Assembly: GCA_029856045.1 (NCBI GenBank) | Contig: JAHQWG010000006.1 | Coordinates: 1-10,320 of the forward strand | Direction of reading: 5' to 3' | Origin: Promethearchaeia archaeon | GTDB taxonomy: Archaea; Asgardarchaeota; Lokiarchaeia; Sigyniarchaeales; SOKP01 | DNA: 10,320 nt | Shown here: positions 1 to 5,307 of the stretch, piece by piece | How the letters are laid out: every line of letters begins with the position of its first letter | Numbering within the stretch: position 1 is the stretch's first letter | Translations under genes and position numbers: made by a program | The notes under the pieces: model-generated | Told to the model about the DNA's origin: nothing | Seen by the model: the letters and a program-made list of their open reading frames with translations, nothing else | The model's database searches: none

Positions 1-612
1 ATAATTCATAGAGGATCCAAACATGCTCTAAGTGTAGATTTAAATCCAATTTTTCAAAAATTTAAGCGATCCATAAATACACAAAATCTGAACGAATCTT
101 CCTCTGCATTTAGTAAGTTATGTAATATTATTGAAACAAAATTTAATGAATTACAAATATATTTGGCCCTGTTTGGTCAAGAAAAGAAATTCCTGGGATT
201 TTTAGAATCAAATCCTTCTGATATTGAAATATTCAATTTATTTAAAGGATGTTGGTATAAACCCTTTAATTTAGATGCATTATCTCTTGATTTTTTAGAG
301 GGGTCTAAAGATTCACTGGAAAGTAGAATTAGAGAAGGTTATATTATTGAAAATCTTGAAATCCCACAAAAAGATGAAAATTTTTTATTAGAAATGCCTT
401 CAAGTTCATTTCAAGAAATAATTGAAAACTATTTTAATAAAATATCTGAAAAGTTACCATGTAATATGGAAGATCTCTTCGAAGATATCGAGAAACAGGA
501 AGATAAATTTGAAAAATTTATTATGATTTTACATTTACTTCAAAATGGTCTTATCAGGTATCAAAAACAAACAAATTTTATTTATATACCAAAAGGTGGA
601 AAAGATGAATGA
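1..612 (+). CDS. Kleisin, ScpA-like SMC-complex subunit (5' end lies outside the window)
   Basis: Frame +1 is open from base 1 (IIHRGSKHALSVDLNPIFQKF...LNESSSAFSKLCNIIETKFNEL...), so the TTG at 163 is not the real start. The N-terminal segment resembles the kleisin N-domain pattern (lDl..i / l.ea...l..a..Ll.iKs..L). The C-terminus FIMILHLLQNGLIRYQKQTNFIYI matches the ScpA/kleisin C-terminal winged helix (F.alLeL...g.i...Q.....I.i). It overlaps a KITE-like gene. Confidence 0.7.
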   Translation: MIHRGSKHALSVDLNPIFQKFKRSINTQNLNESSSAFSKLCNIIETKFNELQIYLALFGQEKKFLGFLESNPSDIEIFNLFKGCWYKPFNLDALSLDFLEGSKDSLESRIREGYIIENLEIPQKDENFLLEMPSSSFQEIIENYFNKISEKLPCNMEDLFEDIEKQEDKFEKFIMILHLLQNGLIRYQKQTNFIYIPKGGKDE

Positions 613-1120
613 AATATCCTTATTGATGTATTTATTAAGTAAAAAAGACCAATTGGATGAGATGGGTTCAACCAAAGAAGAGATATTAGAGAAATTGCAA
701 ATTTCTGGGCGAGAGAAAGGATTTATATTTAAGAAACTATTAATTGAACTTTCCAGATATATATCTCCCTTAGGACTCGAAATCCAATATAATCCTATAA
801 GCACCCATTGGTTCTTAACCTTTAAATCAAGCATGAGCGATCTGATTTTAGCAAACCCATTTCAAGATAAACCACGATTGGCTGCAACTTTATTTTGTGC
901 AATAATTTTATGCTTAAAAAGTAATGGTATAGCAAAAATAGAAGAAATAAAGCGATTAAGAAATAAAAAAGATATCCGGGACGACTTAAGAGATTTAGAA
1001 AAGCTAGGTTTTATAAAATTTTTAAAAAATCATAATGAAATTAATTTAACCCCACTTATTGGATATCAACTAAATCTCGAAAAATTATTTATGAAATTAT
1101 CATTAAAATTAAATGTTTGA
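605..1120 (+). CDS. KITE-family tandem winged-helix protein (divergent ScpB/MksE/Nse1-like), 171 aa
   Basis: ATG at 605 overlaps the kleisin stop (ATGAATGA, 605-612) and has GGTGG at 595-599 just upstream, so it is preferred over 545. Two WH-like units: LIELSRYISPLGLEIQYNPISTHWFL and LAATLFCAIILCLKSNGIAKIEEIKRLRNKKDIRDDLRDLEKLGFIK...INLTP, compared with ScpB 'eIe.iRgv....l..L.e.glIk'. Length and position next to a kleisin fit. Confidence 0.65.
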   Translation: MNEISLLMYLLSKKDQLDEMGSTKEEILEKLQISGREKGFIFKKLLIELSRYISPLGLEIQYNPISTHWFLTFKSSMSDLILANPFQDKPRLAATLFCAIILCLKSNGIAKIEEIKRLRNKKDIRDDLRDLEKLGFIKFLKNHNEINLTPLIGYQLNLEKLFMKLSLKLNV

Positions 1121-1222
1121 TCAAGATTGGAGCTAATATGTGATTTTTTAAATAAATTTTAATGAAGAGATCCATTAAATACATTAATCCTTAAAAACTG
1201 TGAATTTTTTTGATAGATAATA

Positions 1223-1809
1223 ATGTCTTCCTCAACAACTCAAAAAGATAGAGAATTAACTAAGTTTTCAGTTCTGTTTAAAAAGTTGTGGCCAAATTTC
1301 CTAGTTTATAATTCTTTTGCTTTATCTATTTCAACTTTATATATAAATATATTAATCGTCTCAAATTTAATATGACCAGGTGAAGACTTTCATGCTGGAG
1401 AAATCGGGATTTTATTAGGAACCGCAACAATAATAATAGCTTTCTCGGGAATCTTTTTTGGTTACTTGGCATTGGTGCATTTATTTTTCGTTCCATTATA
1501 AGTATATATAATATTAATCAGCCACCACTTATACAAAAAATTAATTTACCTGAAAGTCAAGGAATAATCAGTTCATCTAGTCAATCTTTATATTATATAG
1601 GCCTCGGAATAGGACCAATAATAGCTGGTATGATTTTAGAGTCATATAATAGAAATTATCAAATTACAGTGGTAATTTCAATGATTATTGGAATTATTGG
1701 TGTACTCTTTTGGTTACTAGCAATAAAATGGATTGATAAAGATATCGAAAAAATTTACTCAATACTCAATCAACGAGCTGAAGAGATGGCTAGAATTAAT
1801 GGGAAGTGA
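1223..1809 (+). pseudogene. MFS transporter pseudogene (nonsense mutation plus large frameshifting internal deletion)
   Basis: Frame +2 from ATG 1223 reads MSSSTTQKDRELTKFSVLFKKLWPNFLVYNSFALSISTLYINILIVSNLI*PGEDFHAGEIGILLGTATIIIAFSGIFFGYLA (TGA at 1373-1375) and breaks off just before the Asp of MFS motif A (G.laD). Frame +1 from about 1471 reads IGAFIFRSIISIYNINQPPLIQKINLPESQGIISSSSQSLYYIGLGIGPIIAGMILE...FWLLAIKWIDKD...RAEEMARINGK* (TGA 1807-1809), a typical MFS TM10-TM12 C-terminus. Only about 195 codons remain. Confidence 0.8.
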
Positions 1810-2419
1810 TAATTTTTAATATCATGGCAGCCAAGTTGTCATTATAATCTTCCATACCTTCTAAATGTTCTCCTACAGTGTTGAAGAAATCCACAATTTC
1901 TATCTTTCGTTTATCAAAGAAAGCCTGAATTTTTACTCTTGCTTCTTTAAGTTTTTTATCTTGTTGAGCTTTATTTCCTTTTATTAGATCACATTTATTA
2001 AGACACACATAGATATGTTTAGGAAAGAAACGGACATCATTGAAAAAATCAAATTGCTCATTAATAGAGCGATCTAAAGCAAATACCACGATAATTTGTG
2101 AAGCGATCCGGCTAATTGTAATAATTCCCATACGAACTACAGCTCTCGCTTTATCACCTCCCGGGGCAAAAATCGTATGTGCTTTTTTTGCAGTCTCATC
2201 TCTAAAAATTACACGATTGGGATGAATCGTTTTAGTTTCCTTTTTTTCTGTAGCTTCTCGAGGTAAGGTTGCCTCTCCAGAGAAATCGGTCTTTACAATT
2301 ACACATTTTCTTCCTCCTTCCAGTGTCTCGAGTTTTTGTTTATTAATATAACTTACAAACAATCTTAAGAGGGTTGTTTTTCCTACGGAAACTGCACCGA
2401 GTAGTCCTAAATTCACCAT
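1796..2419 (-). CDS. Atypical small (Ras-superfamily / MglA-Rup-like) GTPase, 207 aa
   Basis: G1 GAVSVGKT (res 8-15) after a hydrophobic strand; putative G2 ETKTI (61-65); G3 position FAPGG (84-88); strand IIVVFALD; intact G4 NKCD (141-144); G5 region FFNTVG. Confidence 0.85.
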   Translation of the reverse strand: MVNLGLLGAVSVGKTTLLRLFVSYINKQKLETLEGGRKCVIVKTDFSGEATLPREATEKKETKTIHPNRVIFRDETAKKAHTIFAPGGDKARAVVRMGIITISRIASQIIVVFALDRSINEQFDFFNDVRFFPKHIYVCLNKCDLIKGNKAQQDKKLKEARVKIQAFFDKRKIEIVDFFNTVGEHLEGMEDYNDNLAAMILKIITSH

Positions 2420-2420
2420 C

Positions 2421-3236
2421 TTATTCTTCCTCCTCCTTTAATAATTTATTTAATAAGGTCTCGTAATCAGGTATTAAATATTGCTCAAGGAGAGCATTAT
2501 TATGAGCATTAATTAATCCTACAAAAACTTCTTTTATATTTTTAGAATTTTTGATATATTTAATAATTCCTTCAGTGTCTATTCCTGATCTTAGCGATCT
2601 TGGTTCAGTATCAAAACCGAAATTTTCACTCGGAGGCAAGGAGTCGAAAAATCCAAATGCAGAATATCCTTCAAAAGTATAATAGCAAAAAAAGCGAGAT
2701 TTTATTGTTTGTATAATCCTTGTTAAATACACACTCGGATATAATTCTCCCAGTGTCATAGTTCCATCTTGAGTTATGAGGTAATAGGGACTAATAGGGG
2801 ATTTTCTCAAACCAAACATTTCTTGAGGAGGCAAACAGACAAAAGGAATTTTTTCTTCGATAATAGCCCATAAATCCCATCGGTCTGCATCATCTAAAAT
2901 TTGTTTAACTTCATCGAAAGCATAGTAAAAATCTTGTTGAAAACTAAGAAGAGAACTTAGATAGACAGATAGAGAGGCAAAAGTTGCTTCTAATACGGGC
3001 TGCTTTTTACTATCTTCGCTAGGTTTTATTGCACCACGCCAGCTTCTTACTGCTGAATATGCAAATCCTTGAACATCAAAAAAATTCCCGGAAAGTATTA
3101 TGAATTGCGGAAGGTCTCCTTCCTCATCCGTGAGTAATTCTCTGGTCTTATTTAATAAGGCTACTTCAAGATTTATCTCTTTATAGCCAGAATGTAGTTG
3201 TGGCATTATCAGCCATTTATATTTCTTTTTTGCCAT
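2421..3236 (-). CDS. Hypothetical protein; probable inactive calcineurin-like metallophosphoesterase fold, 271 aa
   Basis: Clean ORF with GAAGGGG about 10 nt upstream of the ATG; its stop is 1 nt before the GTPase ATG. Degenerate motifs: WLIMPQLHSG (cf. lviSDlHlG), PQFIILSGNFFD (cf. pd.vil.GDlfD), IPFVCLPPQE (cf. ipv..ipGNHD), YTFEG (cf. l.HG), EVFVGLIN (cf. vi.GHtH). The CDS is near certain; the fold call is moderate. Confidence 0.6.
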   Translation of the reverse strand: MAKKKYKWLIMPQLHSGYKEINLEVALLNKTRELLTDEEGDLPQFIILSGNFFDVQGFAYSAVRSWRGAIKPSEDSKKQPVLEATFASLSVYLSSLLSFQQDFYYAFDEVKQILDDADRWDLWAIIEEKIPFVCLPPQEMFGLRKSPISPYYLITQDGTMTLGELYPSVYLTRIIQTIKSRFFCYYTFEGYSAFGFFDSLPPSENFGFDTEPRSLRSGIDTEGIIKYIKNSKNIKEVFVGLINAHNNALLEQYLIPDYETLLNKLLKEEEE

Positions 3237-3253
3237 AGATCAAAGCCCCTTCA

Positions 3254-3269
3254 TTAATAATATTATTAA
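3254..3269. promoter_or_regulatory. Perfect 16-bp A/T palindrome in the promoter region of the pseudo-phosphoesterase/GTPase operon
   Basis: TTAATAATATTATTAA, 18-33 nt upstream of the ATG at 3236 (minus strand). It could be a TATA element or operator, but A/T-only palindromes arise by chance in this background. Confidence 0.25.
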
Positions 3270-3343
3270 AATTTTTGAACTCTTAAAAATAATACACAAG
3301 AATTGACTAATAAATTTTCTTTTTTTTTTAATTTGGGAAAATT

Positions 3344-3907
3344 TTATATTGAATCTATAACTTTTCTCACGCCTAATTCAATTAAATCAAAATATTCCAA
3401 TTTATTTACATTATTTAATTCAATTCTTTTAATAGAATCAAGATTTTTGCATTTTTCTATTTTCATTTCGAGGAGAGGTTCTTTTTCTTTAATTTTTATT
3501 AGAATTTGTTGAATAAAATCATTAATAAAGATTTCAGATTTTTCTCTAACGTTAATCTTCTCTGGTTCAACAAATTGAATTTCTACTTTTTTAAAGTCAA
3601 AAAATTTTAAAATACAGAGAAGATCGTTATTTTTAGAGAATAATTTTCTTTTTATTAAAGTCCCACTACCTTTATTTCCTATACTCTCTTTAAATAAATC
3701 TTCAGCACTCAATAAATTACTAGCAGTAGTAAAACTTTTTCCTGAGATCACTTTATTTAATTGATTTATTACTAACTTAAGTTCATTAACCTCCTCAGTA
3801 AGTTTTTTGATTAGCTCTTTTTTTTCAAGATATTGTTTATTAAGTGTTCTGTGAATATTTACTAATTTTTCAATTTCGTTTTTACCATCTTCTTCCTTGA
3901 AATTCAT
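3344..3907 (-). CDS. Hypothetical protein with N-terminal coiled coil, FxxA linker motif and C-terminal alpha/beta domain, 187 aa
   Basis: ATG-initiated ORF; heptad pattern over res ~10-55 (LEKKELIKKLTEEVNELKLVINQLNKVI), followed by SFTTASNLL, then a globular region. Divergent from the RimK-like gene across a 73-bp gap. Confidence 0.75.
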   Translation of the reverse strand: MNFKEEDGKNEIEKLVNIHRTLNKQYLEKKELIKKLTEEVNELKLVINQLNKVISGKSFTTASNLLSAEDLFKESIGNKGSGTLIKRKLFSKNNDLLCILKFFDFKKVEIQFVEPEKINVREKSEIFINDFIQQILIKIKEKEPLLEMKIEKCKNLDSIKRIELNNVNKLEYFDLIELGVRKVIDSI

Positions 3908-3980
3908 ATATTTAATTTAAAGTGTTTCTACTATATTAAATTATTATACTGATTAAAATAAGTGATAAAAGGTAATTAGA

Positions 3981-4874
3981 ATGAAGACTGCGATTATAAC
4001 TCCAAATCCATCTGATATGGAGGTTAAAATTATTACCAAGGAATTTCAAAAGAAAGAATTCGATGTTAAAATAATAATTCCCGGGGAAATGAATGTTTCT
4101 GTTGGTTTAAATGTTAAGAATGAACCAAATTCAGAAAAATTTCTATGCAATATTTTTGAAGATATAGAGCCAAGAGGAGCCTTAGTAAGAGGTTTTGGGA
4201 TAAATGTTACACAAAAAATATTTTTTCGATTGGATATTTTAAGAATTCTAGAAAATATGGAGATAAAATTAATTAATTCTCGAGAATCTTTAGAACTCGC
4301 TACAGATAAACTTTTAACCTCCTTCCTATTTGAAAAGGCAAATATTCCAACGTTAAAAACAATAATATGTGAGGATTTCAACGATGCTTTAGAAGCTTTT
4401 GAGATCCTAGGTGAGAATGTTGTTTTGAAGCCTGTTTTTGGCTCGAAGGGTATTGGTCTCACTAGAATAAATGATAGAGGTTTTGCAGAAAATGTTATTT
4501 ATAAATTATCCCAGTTAAATGAGATTTTTTATCTCCAAGAATTCGTTGAACACAATAACCGAGACATTAGAATTCTAGTTTTAGGGAATGAAGCAGTTGC
4601 AGGTATGTATCGTATTAGCGATAGTTGGAAAACAAATATTTATGCTGGAGCGCAGCCAAAACCAATAAATTTAAGTGATGAGTTGAAAGAATTAGCAGTT
4701 AAGGCTGCTAAAGCAACTAAAACAGAAATTGCAGGAGTGGATATATTAGAGACAGATAATGGATTAAAAGTTATAGAGGTAAATTCAATTCCTGGTTTTA
4801 CAGCACTTCAAAAAGTAACAAAAATTAATTTGGCTGAAAAAATTGTTGAATACTATTTAGATCAGATAAAATAA
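3981..4874 (+). CDS. RimK-family ATP-grasp alpha-L-glutamate ligase, most like tetrahydromethanopterin:alpha-L-glutamate ligase (MptN/Orf5 type)
   Basis: Motifs: INS...LATDKLLT, VVLKPVFGSKGIG, FYLQEFV, RDIRILV, WKTNIYAGA, IAGVDILE, VIEVNSIPGF. The segments FFRLDILRILE and KPVFGS.G.G resemble the H4MPT-linked subgroup. The family is certain; the substrate is inferred. Confidence 0.85.
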   Translation: MKTAIITPNPSDMEVKIITKEFQKKEFDVKIIIPGEMNVSVGLNVKNEPNSEKFLCNIFEDIEPRGALVRGFGINVTQKIFFRLDILRILENMEIKLINSRESLELATDKLLTSFLFEKANIPTLKTIICEDFNDALEAFEILGENVVLKPVFGSKGIGLTRINDRGFAENVIYKLSQLNEIFYLQEFVEHNNRDIRILVLGNEAVAGMYRISDSWKTNIYAGAQPKPINLSDELKELAVKAAKATKTEIAGVDILETDNGLKVIEVNSIPGFTALQKVTKINLAEKIVEYYLDQIK

Positions 4875-4892
4875 GAGAAAAAAGAAAAAAAA
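4875..4892 (-). terminator. Archaeal-type oligo(T) terminator for the minus-strand membrane-protein gene
   Basis: Plus strand GAGAAAAAAGAAAAAAAA reads TTTTTTTTCTTTTTTCTC on the minus strand, 13 nt after the stop at 4905, in a convergent gap. Confidence 0.4.
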
Positions 4893-4904
4893 TCTTAGTT
4901 AAAT

Positions 4905-5222
4905 TTATAACACATCAATCAACGCTACAAGCCCACCTATTATAACAACAATGCCACCAACTAAATTAGCGAAAATAGCAATGAGAATTCCAAATATAAT
5001 AAATAATAACCAGTGATAAGGGATTGGATCATCCGGTTTTAAACATTGAAATAATACTACTATCGAAAATACAATTCCTAAAAGGCTCAATAGTATTCCC
5101 TCAATATTAGCAGCTTGGACACCATTAATCATATCTATTATTGCAAAGACTACACCAACAAGTGCCCCAATTATACAAATGAAGCTTATCAATTTGTAAT
5201 TTTTATAATCTTTTTTAGCCAA
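4905..5222 (-). CDS. Small hydrophobic membrane protein (about 4 TM helices), 105 aa
   Basis: TTG start with GTGA upstream; basic N-terminus (AKKDYKNYK) followed by Gly-rich hydrophobic helices (IIGALVGVVFAII, LLSLLGIVFSIVVL, LLFIIFGILIAIF, VGGIVVIIGGLVALI). Confidence 0.75.
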   Translation of the reverse strand: MAKKDYKNYKLISFICIIGALVGVVFAIIDMINGVQAANIEGILLSLLGIVFSIVVLFQCLKPDDPIPYHWLLFIIFGILIAIFANLVGGIVVIIGGLVALIDVL

Positions 5223-5256
5223 TTGAATTCACTTTACTTTATTTTTTTATTAAGAG

Positions 5257-5283
5257 TTTTTATAAAAAGAAAAACCTTTTTCA
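5257..5283 (-). promoter_or_regulatory. Candidate archaeal BRE/TATA promoter for 4905..5222
   Basis: Minus strand reads TGAAAAAGGTTTTTCTTTTTATAAAAA: a purine-rich stretch followed by TTTATAAA about 35-45 nt upstream of the TTG start. Confidence 0.3.
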
Positions 5284-5307
5284 TTTAAATTTTAAGATGA
5301 TAGAAGT

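Noticed and set aside
545-604. 20-aa N-terminal extension of the KITE gene
   Set aside because: It would overlap the conserved kleisin C-terminus by 68 nt; ATG 605 has an SD-like GGTGG and a typical coupled overlap.
163-612. TTG at 163 as the kleisin start
   Set aside because: The frame is open back to base 1 and the upstream residues contain the kleisin N-terminal helices.
535-834. 99-aa minus-strand ORF
   Set aside because: Antisense shadow of the kleisin/KITE genes; no recognisable motifs.
1-1120. Wadjet (jetABCD) anti-plasmid system
   Set aside because: Kleisin-KITE order fits, but no SMC (jetC) or Toprim nuclease (jetD) follows, and the kleisin C-terminus is ScpA-like.
1373-1375. In-frame TGA as selenocysteine or UGA=Trp recoding
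   Set aside because: The context (NLI*PG) fits a Trp codon hit by a single transition, the same gene is also frameshifted and deleted, TGA acts as a true stop for other genes here (612, 1120, 1809, 5308), and Trp is TGG elsewhere.
2040-2225. 61-aa plus-strand ORF
   Set aside because: Antisense shadow within the GTPase gene.
2421-3236. Roadblock/MglB or longin partner, or an active Mre11/SbcD nuclease
   Set aside because: Too long and lacking the roadblock/longin pattern; the phosphoesterase metal ligands are substituted and there is no Mre11 capping domain or adjacent Rad50.
3303-3512. 69-aa plus-strand ORF
   Set aside because: Phe/Ser/Ile-rich antisense shadow of the Lys/Glu-rich coiled-coil gene.
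4046-4462. 138-aa minus-strand ORF
   Set aside because: Antisense shadow of the RimK-like gene, with the composition expected of a reverse-complemented CDS.
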